Below are positions 37,922-48,203 of a stretch of DNA of 64,000 nt, piece after piece. A program made the position numbers and the translations under genes. This stretch comes from Patescibacteria group bacterium (GTDB lineage: Bacteria > Patescibacteriota > Minisyncoccia > Phycocordibacterales > UBA9973). The first letter of the stretch is position 1, and the number at the start of each line of letters is the position of its first letter. The notes under the pieces were generated by a model. The model searched no databases. It had not been told where the DNA came from and was given only the letters and a program-made list of their open reading frames with translations. The stretch is taken from assembly GCA_028865035.1 (NCBI GenBank), contig JAGWLB010000004.1, positions 1,294 through 65,293 on the forward strand, written 5' to 3'.

Positions 37922-40756
37922 CTAGACAACTATATTTAGTAATCTGTTTTTTACATAAATAATACGCTTGATTTCTTTATCTTTAATCCATGGTAAAACA
38001 ACACTATTCTTCAGAGCTATATTTTTAATTTCTTCTTCGCTTGTATCAGCATCAACAAGCAATTCAGTTCTAACTTTGCCGTTTACTTGTACTACAATTT
38101 TTGTAGTTTCTTCTGCTATTAACTTATTGTTACATTTTGGCCATTTACTTTTGTGTATAGATTCTTTTTCACCTAAGCTATGCCAAATTTCTTCTGTTAT
38201 ATGCGGAGCAAAAGGTGCAAGTAATTGTAAGAAAATTTTGTAATCATTTTTAGAAATTGTATCAACCCTATCCCATTCATTGAGAACCATCATCATCTGT
38301 GCGATAGCTGTATTAAATTTATATTGTTCTATATCATCAGTTATTTTTTTAATTGATTTGTTTATAAATTTTTCAGATGAAGTATTAGAATTTTTATCTA
38401 TTCTAAAAGAAACTTTCCATACTCTCTCCAGGAACCTATGAACTCCCACCACTCCATTGGGATCCCAGGGATAATTAACTGTGACACCGTACGGACCCAT
38501 AAAAGCAAGATACATACGTACAGTATCTGCTCCAAGTCGATCCACAATCTCATCTGGGTTAATAACATTACCTTTAGATTTACTCATCTTATTGCCATCT
38601 GGGCCTAAAATAAGTCCTCTATTCCTTCTTATCTTATAGCTTTCATTTTCTTTAACTAATTTCAAACTATGAAGTGCTTTGACCCAAAAGCGTGAATACA
38701 AAAGATGCATGGTCGTATGTTCTGCGCCACCCATATATAAATCTATAGGCATCCAAGCATTACGATGCTTTACATCTGAAAATGTTTTCTTATTTTTATT
38801 ATCTAAATATCGATAAAAGTACCATGATGAATCTACGAATGTATCCATAGTCTCAACTTCAGGTTTCCATCCTTTACCAAAAATCTTTTCAGTTCTTTTA
38901 AATAATTCCTTACTTCTAGCAAGTGGAGCTGTACCGTCTGGTGTATGATCCACATCGGTAGGTAAAATCCACGGTAAATATTTGTCTGGTATAGGGTGAG
39001 CTTTACCTTTAGGATCGTAAACTATGGGTATAGGTGTGCCCCAGTATCGCTGTCTCGAAATCCCCCAATCACGTAGTCTATAAGTATTTACTATTTTTCC
39101 ACCAACCTCTTTTGTAATCTTTACCCTTGCTTCTTCTGAAGTTAAATCATTAAACTTTTCAGAATTAATTAAAACACCTTCTTCTAATAAACAAAAGTTT
39201 TGCTTTAATACCCTATCCCATATAGTTGGATCAACAAGATTATTCTTTAATACAGCTTCTAATTCTTTACTATAAACCCAATCAAATCCATGCATCTGTT
39301 TTTCTTTTTCTGCTATAGCCTCTTGTTCATCATTATCTAAAACAAAATACAAGCCTTGTTGTATGTCATCCCTATTTTGGTTTTTCCCTGGTGCAAAAAA
39401 CTTTACCTTAAATGGTGCACCGATTAAATATTTAAAAGACAAATTTTTATATCCTGTTTCTTCTAACACTTCACGCTTTGCCGCAGAAACAATATCTTCA
39501 TTATCTTCTATACCACCACTAATAAAAGTCTTCCAACCAAAAGAATTCCAAGTTAGTATTAAATATTTGTCTTCACTCCAATGCTTTACTACTGCTCTTA
39601 TGACTCTTCTTTTATTTAAAGGCAATCCTGGACGCATTGACATCTCTGGCCTTGTATCTATTTTCTCTTCTGCAATGACGTACTTTATTGGCAAGTTATA
39701 TTTCTGTGCAAATTCGAAATCTCTCTCATCGTGGGCAGGTACGGCCATAACTGCTCCAGTTCCATAGCCAGCTAAAACATAGTCAGCTATCCATACAGGA
39801 ACTTCTTCCCCATTGGCTGGATTTATAGCTTTGATACCTTCTAGTTCTACTCCTGTTTTTTCTTTAGATTGTTTACGGTCAAGCTCGGATTTCTTTTTAG
39901 TATCTGAAATATATTTCTCTACTTCTTTTTTATTTTTAATTTCTCTTATTAAATCATTTACGAGTTGGTGTTCTGGCGCAAGAACCAAGTACGTTACACC
40001 AAAGAGAGTATCAGCACGTGTAGTGAATACTTTTACTTTTTGTCCCGTAGATAACTTGAAAGTAATCTCACTTCCCTCACTTCTTCCGATCCAGTTTTTC
40101 TGTGATGTTTTTATTTCTTCAGGCCAATCTAATTTATCTAGATCGTCTATTAGTTTATCTGCATATTTAGTGATACGGAGCATCCATTGCTCTTGGTCGC
40201 GTTGTATTACTTCGGCACCACAACGTTCACAACGCCCATCTACAACTTGTTCATTAGCGAGAATAGTCTGATCTTTTGGGCACCAGTTAACTTTTGTTGC
40301 ATTACGGTAAACAAGGTCTTTTTTTAAGAATTGGTTAAACATCCATTGAGTCCATTTATAATACTCTGGATCGCACGATACGACCTCTCTATCCCAGTCA
40401 AACACAGCACCCATAGAGCGTAGTTGCATACGCATTTTGTCCATCTGCTTATATGTCCATATTTTAGGATCAGCACCTAGCTTAATAGCAGCATTCTCAG
40501 CTGGTAGACCAAAAGCATCAAAACCCATAGGGTAAAGCACGTTAAAACCTTGCATTCGTTTGTAGCGCGCAAAAATATCTGGTACTGCAAAAGCATACCA
40601 GTGACCCACATGGAGATTACCAGAAGGATAAGTAAATTCAACTAACTCATAGAAATTCTTTTTCCCTTTTACATTATCTTTGACTTTATAGAGTTTTTTA
40701 TCTTCCCACTCTTTCTGCCATTTTTTTTCAATTTTCTTATGATTATATTCTTTCAT
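37922..40756 (-). CDS. leuS: leucyl-tRNA synthetase with an inserted NUDIX hydrolase domain
   Basis: HVGHWYAFAVPDI (HIGH), KMSKSKGN. CP1 editing motifs TTRADTLFGVTYLVLAPEH and GTGAVMAVPAHDERDFEFA. After CP1 there is a ~140-aa insertion with Nudix box GGIEDNEDIVSAAKREVLEETG (residues ~380-520). Confidence 0.85.
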   Translation of the reverse strand: MKEYNHKKIEKKWQKEWEDKKLYKVKDNVKGKKNFYELVEFTYPSGNLHVGHWYAFAVPDIFARYKRMQGFNVLYPMGFDAFGLPAENAAIKLGADPKIWTYKQMDKMRMQLRSMGAVFDWDREVVSCDPEYYKWTQWMFNQFLKKDLVYRNATKVNWCPKDQTILANEQVVDGRCERCGAEVIQRDQEQWMLRITKYADKLIDDLDKLDWPEEIKTSQKNWIGRSEGSEITFKLSTGQKVKVFTTRADTLFGVTYLVLAPEHQLVNDLIREIKNKKEVEKYISDTKKKSELDRKQSKEKTGVELEGIKAINPANGEEVPVWIADYVLAGYGTGAVMAVPAHDERDFEFAQKYNLPIKYVIAEEKIDTRPEMSMRPGLPLNKRRVIRAVVKHWSEDKYLILTWNSFGWKTFISGGIEDNEDIVSAAKREVLEETGYKNLSFKYLIGAPFKVKFFAPGKNQNRDDIQQGLYFVLDNDEQEAIAEKEKQMHGFDWVYSKELEAVLKNNLVDPTIWDRVLKQNFCLLEEGVLINSEKFNDLTSEEARVKITKEVGGKIVNTYRLRDWGISRQRYWGTPIPIVYDPKGKAHPIPDKYLPWILPTDVDHTPDGTAPLARSKELFKRTEKIFGKGWKPEVETMDTFVDSSWYFYRYLDNKNKKTFSDVKHRNAWMPIDLYMGGAEHTTMHLLYSRFWVKALHSLKLVKENESYKIRRNRGLILGPDGNKMSKSKGNVINPDEIVDRLGADTVRMYLAFMGPYGVTVNYPWDPNGVVGVHRFLERVWKVSFRIDKNSNTSSEKFINKSIKKITDDIEQYKFNTAIAQMMMVLNEWDRVDTISKNDYKIFLQLLAPFAPHITEEIWHSLGEKESIHKSKWPKCNNKLIAEETTKIVVQVNGKVRTELLVDADTSEEEIKNIALKNSVVLPWIKDKEIKRIIYVKNRLLNIVV
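39197..39619 (-). other. NUDIX-fold insertion domain within LeuRS
   Basis: RVIRAVVKHW...GGIEDNEDIVSAAKREVLEETGY...GLYFVL. E. coli LeuRS has only ~30 aa at the equivalent position. Confidence 0.6.
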
Positions 40757-40777
40757 TAACTTGCTAAATTTTACTTA

Positions 40778-41335
40778 TTATTTATTGAACTTCTTTATAG
40801 CAAGCCATATCAGTAGAGAAAGTGCGAGTCCTAATATAACAACTTTAAATAAATTATCAGCGAGTGACCAATATCGCATTGATGCAATAAGAAGGGACAA
40901 AACTCCACCCCATGCAAAAGATATAGAAAGAATTTGTACAGATATAAATCCTGCAAGCACAAGCAATAGGACACCAAACACTATCAATGTTATAAATACT
41001 TTTTTCTCATACGAAACGTGAGCTTTGTTGTACTTTATATTATTTGTATAATTTTGATCGCATGATCCACTAACCATTGTTTGCCCTTTTTCAGTAGGAA
41101 AAATATTCTCATTCCACTGACCTCCAACAGAAATACATTTATCTTTTGTTGTAATAGTTCCAACCACTTGTGTTTGCGGTATGAATTCGTCGCGAACTGG
41201 TTCTTTGAAAACAAGGGAAGCTGTGTAATTTGAAAATAGATTCAAAACTATAACAATAGCTGCAATAATAGCAACGTGAATAAATTTTAAAGCCTTTTTC
41301 TCAGGCTGATTAGTTGATTGATTTTGCATATCCAT
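40778..41335 (-). CDS. hypothetical membrane protein (185 aa, 2-3 TM)
   Basis: Hydrophobic helices HVAIIAAIVIVLNLF and the C-terminal region. Confidence 0.5.
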   Translation of the reverse strand: MDMQNQSTNQPEKKALKFIHVAIIAAIVIVLNLFSNYTASLVFKEPVRDEFIPQTQVVGTITTKDKCISVGGQWNENIFPTEKGQTMVSGSCDQNYTNNIKYNKAHVSYEKKVFITLIVFGVLLLVLAGFISVQILSISFAWGGVLSLLIASMRYWSLADNLFKVVILGLALSLLIWLAIKKFNK

Positions 41336-41396
41336 AATTAAGTATTATACCAGAAAGCGAATACATAATAAACAACCAATAAAATAAAAATTTAGG

Positions 41397-41972
41397 TCAT
41401 ATTTTAACTGCTCCTTTACGCAAAACAATAAGCTTGTGATTAGTGTACTTCACTAAAGTCGAAGGCTTGGCTACCCTAGATCCACTGTTTATATATAAAT
41501 CAATTTTATCACCAAAATACATTTTAGCTTCATTGATATTTTTAGCCGGTTGAAGTCCTTGAGGGTTTGCACTCGGTGCAACAAGTGGACCAACTTTATT
41601 TATTAGATTAAATAAATTTTTATTTTTCTTTCCAATCATACGAAAAGCTATGGTATTAGTACCTCTGTGTAAATATGATAATTTCTTTTGCGAGCAAGAT
41701 AGCACGACACTTATTTGTCCTGGCCAAACTTTATCTAAAAATTCTTTTTGCTCTTCAGACAAGAAAATGCCAAGCTTTATTATCTGTGTAAATGATGACA
41801 CTAAAATAATAAATGGTTTATTTTCATCACGCCCTTTTAATTTATATATTCGACTAACTGCTTTTTTATAATGTGCGCTGGCTATGACACCATAAATGGT
41901 ATCAGTCGGAGCAACTATTACCCCGTCTTTTTTTAAAATATTTACTGCTTTATTCCAAAGTCCACTAATCAT
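41397..41972 (-). CDS. tsaC: L-threonylcarbamoyladenylate synthase TsaC (YrdC domain)
   Basis: VIVAPTDTIYGVIASA and KGRDENKPFIILVSS, the YrdC/Sua5 signature. Confidence 0.8.
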   Translation of the reverse strand: MISGLWNKAVNILKKDGVIVAPTDTIYGVIASAHYKKAVSRIYKLKGRDENKPFIILVSSFTQIIKLGIFLSEEQKEFLDKVWPGQISVVLSCSQKKLSYLHRGTNTIAFRMIGKKNKNLFNLINKVGPLVAPSANPQGLQPAKNINEAKMYFGDKIDLYINSGSRVAKPSTLVKYTNHKLIVLRKGAVKI

Positions 41973-42294
41973 GTTTGTCTATTTTCGCTGCCATAATAAA
42001 ATCATTCTGTGATAATCCTCCTATGGCATGAGTCGAAAGATTTATATTTACATATTTATAATCAACTAAATGAATATCTGGATGGTGGCCCTCAGTTTTT
42101 GCAATATCTCCGACTTTGTTTACAAACTCTAGGGCTTGATCAAAATTTTTAAATTCATAATGCTTGCTTATTGACTTAGCATCATTAGATATTACCCATC
42201 CTGGAATCTGTTTTAATAATATTTCAGCCTCTTCTTTGTTAAAGGGTATGACGTTCCCCTCGCAAGCTACACATTTTTGTTCAGTTAAATTCAT
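41965..42294 (-). CDS. pterin-4-alpha-carbinolamine dehydratase (PCD/DCoH). Start trimmed to MNLTEQK.
   Basis: EGHHPDI catalytic signature. Confidence 0.7.
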   Translation of the reverse strand: MNLTEQKCVACEGNVIPFNKEEAEILLKQIPGWVISNDAKSISKHYEFKNFDQALEFVNKVGDIAKTEGHHPDIHLVDYKYVNINLSTHAIGGLSQNDFIMAAKIDKHD

Positions 42295-42400
42295 GAGTTT
42301 AATTATACAATACAAATTGTAAAATATAATCATATTTGACTAAAATAGCTTTTTATATTATTATGAAAAAAACATTTTTTCAATCAAAAAAGAATATCAA

Positions 42401-43261
42401 ATGAGACAACTAAAAATTGCAACCCAGATTACTAACCGTAATTCACAAACAGTAGAGAAATACCTTCAGGAAATTTCAAAAATTAAAATGATTACCCCAG
42501 AAGAAGAAACTATTCTAGCTAAAAAGATTCAACTTGGTGATCAAAAAGCTTTGGAACGTCTTACAACTGCCAACTTGCGTTTTGTAGTATCTGTTGCCAA
42601 GCAGTATCAACACCAGGGTTTATCTTTAAGTGACCTTATCAATGAGGGTAACTTCGGTTTAATAAAAGCAGCGCAACGCTTTGATGAAACAAAAGGGTTT
42701 AAGTTTATTTCTTACGCTGTATGGTGGATTCGTCAATCTATACTTCAGGCACTGGCAGAGCAGGGCAGATTAGTCCGCCTGCCTCAAAACAAAATTGGCA
42801 CTTACAACAAAGCAAATAAGGCCTTTATAGCTTTTGAGCAGGAACATGAAAGAGAACCATCCACCGAAGAGCTTTCAGAAATACTCGAAATGAGCGAGAC
42901 CGAAATCAACAACATTTTTCAAAGCAATATCCGGCATACTTCCCTTGATGCACCAGTACAGGAAGCTGAAGATATTCCTATGGGTGATCTTTTAAGTAAT
43001 TCTGACGGAAAAACAGATGAAAAAGTAATGAACAATTCATTACAAACGGAAATTAGACGTACATTAAAAAAATTGAGTCCAAGAGAGGCTGAGATTATAA
43101 AAGCTTATTTTGGCCTTGATAACGAAGACGGGGAAGGTCTTGATCAAATAAGTAAGAAGTATGACCTTACTAAAGAACGTATACGTCAAATCAAAGATAG
43201 AGCAATAAAGAGAATGCAGAGATCAAAAAACAGCAGTAATCTTAAGGCCTATCTTGGGTAA
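42401..43261 (+). CDS. RNA polymerase sigma factor, sigma-70 family (regions 2-4)
   Basis: DLINEGNFGLIKAAQRFD (region 2.2), YAVWWIRQSI (2.4), region 4 HTH LTKERIRQIKDRAIKRM. Confidence 0.8.
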   Translation: MRQLKIATQITNRNSQTVEKYLQEISKIKMITPEEETILAKKIQLGDQKALERLTTANLRFVVSVAKQYQHQGLSLSDLINEGNFGLIKAAQRFDETKGFKFISYAVWWIRQSILQALAEQGRLVRLPQNKIGTYNKANKAFIAFEQEHEREPSTEELSEILEMSETEINNIFQSNIRHTSLDAPVQEAEDIPMGDLLSNSDGKTDEKVMNNSLQTEIRRTLKKLSPREAEIIKAYFGLDNEDGEGLDQISKKYDLTKERIRQIKDRAIKRMQRSKNSSNLKAYLG

Positions 43262-43274
43262 TAATTTATTAAAA

Positions 43275-43310
43275 AACAAAATCCAGCATTTATATGCTGG
43301 ATTTTTTTAT
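43275..43310. terminator. bidirectional rho-independent terminator (atccagcat/atgctggat flanked by A- and T-runs)
   Basis: Lies between the convergent sigma gene and ychF. Confidence 0.7.
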
Positions 43311-44422
43311 ATCTTAAATTCTATAACATCTCCATCTTTGACTATATAATCTTTTCCTTCAGTACGAACTTTACCTTTTGAGCGAGCTTCACCATAACTA
43401 CCAGCTTCCAACAAATCACTCCAAAAGACAACTTCTGCTCTGATAAATTTATCTTTAAAATCTGTATGGATAGCCATACCTGCAACTGGTGCTGTAGAAT
43501 TGTGCTTTATAGTCCAGGCTCGTGTCTCATCCTCGCCTGTCGTAAAGTAAGTATCAAGACCGAGCAGCTTGTAACCCTCAGTAATCAGACTATTTATACC
43601 ATCATCTTCTCCACCAAGTTCTTTTCTAAACATTTCTTTTTCTTCCCCTTCAAAATCTTTTAACTCTTCTTCGATCTTCGCATCAAGTATTACATAACGT
43701 GAACCAGACTTTTCTATATAATCCGTAAGTTCTTTAAAAATTTCTGGATTCATTTCGTCTAAATTTTTAACTCCGCCCTTTTTATTAAGTCCATAGATGA
43801 AAGGTTTTAGTGTAAGCAGATTTAACATTTTAACTTTTTCTAATTCTTTTTCATCTAGCACACAAGCATTAGCAAGTTTACCTGATTCGAAAGTAGATTC
43901 AAGTTTAGCAAGAGCTTCATTTTCAATAATAGCTTCCTTGTCTCCTTTCTTTACATCTTTATTAATATTATTTTTGCGTTTAGATACAGTCTCAAGATCT
44001 GCTAAAATAAGTTCTAGATTTATAACTTCTATGTCACGTAGTGGATCTATATCACCATAGACGTGTATGATATCATTCCCTTTACCTTCATTCTTGATTG
44101 GAAAAATACGAACCATTTCTAAAATAGCATCAACTTCGCGAATGTTTGCTAAAAACTTATTGCCGAGCCCTTCCCCTTTTGAAGCTCCAGCAACCAGTCC
44201 AGCAATATCTACGAATTCTATAACTGCCGGAATAGTTTTAGCCGAATTTGAGAATTTTGATAGTTTCCATAAGCGTTCATCTGGCACAGGCACAATACCA
44301 ACAGATGGATCAATCGTACAAAATGGATAATTCTCGGCGGGCACACCTTTTTTGGTTAGCGCATTAAAAAGCGTCGACTTCCCCACGTTTGGCAGACCTA
44401 CAATTCCGATTGATAGTGACAT
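43307..44422 (-). CDS. ychF: ribosome-binding ATPase YchF (Obg family)
   Basis: IGIVGLPNVGKSTLFNALT G1 motif. C-terminal TGS domain. Confidence 0.9.
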   Translation of the reverse strand: MSLSIGIVGLPNVGKSTLFNALTKKGVPAENYPFCTIDPSVGIVPVPDERLWKLSKFSNSAKTIPAVIEFVDIAGLVAGASKGEGLGNKFLANIREVDAILEMVRIFPIKNEGKGNDIIHVYGDIDPLRDIEVINLELILADLETVSKRKNNINKDVKKGDKEAIIENEALAKLESTFESGKLANACVLDEKELEKVKMLNLLTLKPFIYGLNKKGGVKNLDEMNPEIFKELTDYIEKSGSRYVILDAKIEEELKDFEGEEKEMFRKELGGEDDGINSLITEGYKLLGLDTYFTTGEDETRAWTIKHNSTAPVAGMAIHTDFKDKFIRAEVVFWSDLLEAGSYGEARSKGKVRTEGKDYIVKDGDVIEFKI

Positions 44423-44471
44423 AATAGAATGAATATAACAGAAAACTAATAAAAAAGCATCTTATAAGTAA

Positions 44472-45095
44472 TTAAACTTTCGAAAAACTTCGAGCTTTGA
44501 GTTTGGCCTTATGTATCTTGTATTCTGTAGAAAATGAAGCTACCAAATCCCAGAAATTTTTTGAATGATTCATCTCAACCAAGTGACACAGCTCGTGGGC
44601 AATAACATACTCCCTCTCCTCTTTTGAAACAAATAGCAGACGATAATTGAAATTTAAATTCTTCTTTTTTGAACAACTTCCCCATCGAGTTTTTTGATCA
44701 CGAATTGCAACTCTAGCATATTTGAATTTATATATTTCATTTATTCTTTCCAAATCAGAAAGAATAACCCTTCGGGCTTCTTCTTTATTTTTCAAATATT
44801 CTAGCCTCTCCTCTTTCCTTTTTAATCGTAATTTTAAAAGATGCTCCTTCCTAGCTTCCTTTATTAGATTAACTTTTTCTATTCGTGATAATTTTTTCGT
44901 TGTCGCTTCCGCTATTGAAGCCGATGATCTATCGGGAAAATCTTTTACGTAGACAAGTCTAACTGGACCTCTGGCTCGCGTGTATTTTGCTCCTAAGATA
45001 GAAGTATTATGTTCTTTGAGTCGTCGTTTTAGATCAGTCGTAATACCTGTATAAAGACTGCCATCTTTACATTGAACAATATATAAATAATACAT
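44472..45095 (-). CDS. fusion protein: N-terminal GIY-YIG (YhbQ/UPF0213-like) plus C-terminal YgjP/DUF45 metal-dependent hydrolase
   Basis: YYLYIVQCKDGSLYTGITTDLKRRLKEHN (GIY-YIG). WGSCSKKKN...YVIAHELCHLVEMNHSKNFW (DUF45 H-E-x-x-H-like). Confidence 0.65.
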   Translation of the reverse strand: MYYLYIVQCKDGSLYTGITTDLKRRLKEHNTSILGAKYTRARGPVRLVYVKDFPDRSSASIAEATTKKLSRIEKVNLIKEARKEHLLKLRLKRKEERLEYLKNKEEARRVILSDLERINEIYKFKYARVAIRDQKTRWGSCSKKKNLNFNYRLLFVSKEEREYVIAHELCHLVEMNHSKNFWDLVASFSTEYKIHKAKLKARSFSKV

Positions 45096-45221
45096 AAAAG
45101 GTATTATAACTTATTGTTTTATTTTCTTATATGTTAGTCAGATTTTTATGTATACATCAGATAAATAGCCAGTGCGCAATTAATAAAAAATAGAAGAAAT
45201 ATAATTTTTAAAAATTTTCAG

Positions 45222-47894
45222 TTATTTATTTTTTTGCCCATTCCTATAAAATAATTTTCTAATTTCTTCTAAGAAGATAATGCTTGCGGCAGTTGATATT
45301 ACAGCCAACCAATCATATAAATTCAAAGGAACTGTATGTAATATACTTTGCATAAATGGTGTATAAATAGCTAGAAGCTGTAAAATAATAACTAATAATG
45401 TCGCTTCAACTAAATACATATTCTTAAACGGGTTTACTGAAAAAATTGATTGATTTTCACTTTTACAATTCCAGGCATTAAACCATTGAAAAACTGCAAG
45501 TGTCGTCATAGATACAGTTAGGGCCTTATCTAATTCAAAATTAAGATATCTTGAAAAAATAAACAATGAACCAAATGCAATTATTAAACCCATAAATATC
45601 ATTCTTCTAGATGAAGACCAATCAAGGATATATTTAGAATGTTTTACACGGTGCTTCAGCAATCCATCTTCTTTTGGTTCCATACCAAGCGACACATCTA
45701 AAAATCCATCTGTTACAAAATTCAACCATATGATTTGTGACGGTAGTACAATAAGTGGAAAACCTAAAAATATAGATCCAATGATTGCTAACACTTCACC
45801 TATGCTCGTAGAAAAAAGATAAAGAACAACCTTTTTTATAGTTTTATATATACTTCTACCTTCTTCAACGGCTAAAATAATATTCCCAAAATTATCATCA
45901 AGTAATATTATATCTGATGCTTCTTTTGCTACTTCTGTTCCTATACCACCCATCGCTACACCTAGATCTGCATCAGCTAACGAAGGCGCATCGTTTACCC
46001 CATCTCCAGTCATAGCCACTATATCGCCTTTCTTTTTAAAGAGTTCTATTATTTTTAATTTATGAGACGGAGTAACTCTGGCAAACACGCTTACTTTATC
46101 AAATCTATCTAAAAGTTCTGCATCTGATAATTTGTCTAATTCTTCTCCTAGAATCACTTCATCTCCTTCATGTAAAATGCCTGCTTCTTTTGCGATTGCG
46201 CTGGCTGTGATCTTGTGATCCCCAGTTATCATTACAACTCGAATACCAGCAGAATTGGCTTGCAAGATAGAGTTATGGACTTCTTCACGTATAGGATCTT
46301 TTAATCCATAAAATCCTATGAAAGTAAGATGAGACAATTCGTCTATATGTACTACTTCCTTACTATTAGTATCTATAGCTATAGCTAACATTCTATATCC
46401 TTGATTCGACATTTCTAAGAATATTTTCTCAATCTCATCCTTTTCTTCTTTTAGCAATTTCTCTGATTTTTGTTTCCTCCAAACTCTATCGCATAGATTA
46501 AGCACTTGCTCTGGTGCACCCACAGCAGTTAGAAAATTTTTGTCTTCAAATTTATGAATATTTAAATGGTACTTTGTTATATAATCGAATGGTATTTCAA
46601 ATATTTTTTCTGATTCACTCTTTGAATTATTGAAACCAATCTTCTGTGCAAAAACTCCCATAGCCACCTCAGTAGGATCTCCAGAAACTTTCCATTTCTT
46701 TGATTCTTCTATATAAACCGCTTTAGCGTTAACACAGAAACTGGCTACTCTGCCTGCCATTAATAGATCAGGATGATTCAGTGGGTCAATTACAAGATTA
46801 TCTAATGATATTTCTCCCTTTGGCTCATAGCCTAACCCACCAATAGAATACATCTTGCTATCCACATACACTTTCTCTAATACCATTTCATTCTTAGTTA
46901 GAGTTCCTGTTTTGTCGACTGCGATAACATTCACTTGCCCTAGAGCTTCAACCGCTTGTAATTTCTTCACTAAAACATTTCTTTGGGTCATTCTCCAAAC
47001 TCCTGATGCTAAAACAATGGTCATAACAATAGGTAAACCTTCTGGGATAATAGATACTGACATTGATACAACAATAGCGAACATCTCTCTTGCACTATCT
47101 CCATGAGAAATACCTAAAAAGAATACAATCAAACCAATTACGAACACTGCGGCTATTATGATCTTTGAAAGATTGGCAATATTCTTACGTAATGGCACAT
47201 CTTCATCTATTGAAGTTATAGATTTAGATATTTTCCCTATTTCGGTTGATATACCAGTAGCTACTACTACACCATGAGCATAACCACTAGCAACATTCGT
47301 GCCTTTCCAAACCATATTTCTTTTATCTAAAATTTGTACGTTTTCAAAATATACTTCATCAGCATTTTTTTCTACAGGAATAGATTCTCCTGTTAGACTA
47401 GATTCATCTGCTTTTAATGAATTAGTTATTATTAATCTAGCATCTGCTGGTACTTTCTCGCCTTCTTGTAATATTATGATGTCACCTACAACTACTTCCT
47501 TGTCTGGTATTATGGAAATTTTATTATCACGTATAACAGTAGCTGAGCCTTCGATATAATTCTTTAAGGCTTTTAGAGTATTCTGCGCTCTACCTTCTTG
47601 AACTGTACCTACAATTGCGTTAAAGAAAATAACAAAAAGTATAATCACTCCGTCTACAAACTCTCCCATAAAGAGAACAATAATAGAAGCTATTATAAGT
47701 ATAATTATAAGCGGACTAAAAAATTGTGATAAAAAATTGTAGAAAAGGCCAGGAGTTTTTTCTTCGGGTAAAATATTCGGGCCATAAGTAATAAACCTTC
47801 TATTTGCTTCTTCTAAAGACAAACCTTTTTCAGTGGAATCCGCTTTTTTTAGAGCTTCAACTATTGAAATTGAATGCCATTTCGTTTCAATCAT
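45222..47894 (-). CDS. cation-transporting P-type ATPase (P2-type, Ca2+/Mg2+-like)
   Basis: DKTGTLT phosphorylation site, PEGLP, TGDGVNDAP, 10 TM helices. Confidence 0.85.
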   Translation of the reverse strand: MIETKWHSISIVEALKKADSTEKGLSLEEANRRFITYGPNILPEEKTPGLFYNFLSQFFSPLIIILIIASIIVLFMGEFVDGVIILFVIFFNAIVGTVQEGRAQNTLKALKNYIEGSATVIRDNKISIIPDKEVVVGDIIILQEGEKVPADARLIITNSLKADESSLTGESIPVEKNADEVYFENVQILDKRNMVWKGTNVASGYAHGVVVATGISTEIGKISKSITSIDEDVPLRKNIANLSKIIIAAVFVIGLIVFFLGISHGDSAREMFAIVVSMSVSIIPEGLPIVMTIVLASGVWRMTQRNVLVKKLQAVEALGQVNVIAVDKTGTLTKNEMVLEKVYVDSKMYSIGGLGYEPKGEISLDNLVIDPLNHPDLLMAGRVASFCVNAKAVYIEESKKWKVSGDPTEVAMGVFAQKIGFNNSKSESEKIFEIPFDYITKYHLNIHKFEDKNFLTAVGAPEQVLNLCDRVWRKQKSEKLLKEEKDEIEKIFLEMSNQGYRMLAIAIDTNSKEVVHIDELSHLTFIGFYGLKDPIREEVHNSILQANSAGIRVVMITGDHKITASAIAKEAGILHEGDEVILGEELDKLSDAELLDRFDKVSVFARVTPSHKLKIIELFKKKGDIVAMTGDGVNDAPSLADADLGVAMGGIGTEVAKEASDIILLDDNFGNIILAVEEGRSIYKTIKKVVLYLFSTSIGEVLAIIGSIFLGFPLIVLPSQIIWLNFVTDGFLDVSLGMEPKEDGLLKHRVKHSKYILDWSSSRRMIFMGLIIAFGSLFIFSRYLNFELDKALTVSMTTLAVFQWFNAWNCKSENQSIFSVNPFKNMYLVEATLLVIILQLLAIYTPFMQSILHTVPLNLYDWLAVISTAASIIFLEEIRKLFYRNGQKNK

Positions 47895-47927
47895 TATAGT
47901 TATATATTATAACAGATTTTGAATGTA

Positions 47928-48155
47928 TTATTGCATTGCCTTTTGGATTTCAGCTTGATGCATACGCATAACATGCATAGTAGCACTCATCTCACTCATA
48001 CCACCCTTGGTAAGAGCCTTCACTTCTTCTCCTATTTTTTTAAAAAGCTCAGGATTTTCGTTGATAAGTTTTATAAACATATCTTGCTGAGCTTTGGGCA
48101 AATCCTTCATTTTGGCACGTATTAATTTTTCAGCTACAAAACTTTTTATTGACAT
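47928..48155 (-). CDS. hypothetical small protein (75 aa)
   Basis: ORF only. Confidence 0.35.
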   Translation of the reverse strand: MSIKSFVAEKLIRAKMKDLPKAQQDMFIKLINENPELFKKIGEEVKALTKGGMSEMSATMHVMRMHQAEIQKAMQ

Positions 48156-48203
48156 ATAGCCACTATAACAAAAAAAATGTTAGTATGCGAGTGAGTAAAT
48201 CAT

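Noticed and set aside
37163-37939. Plus-strand ORFs 37163..37468 and 37523..37939 antisense to the O-antigen-ligase-like gene
   Set aside because: Lys/Asn-rich low-complexity antisense frames of an AT-rich membrane-protein gene.
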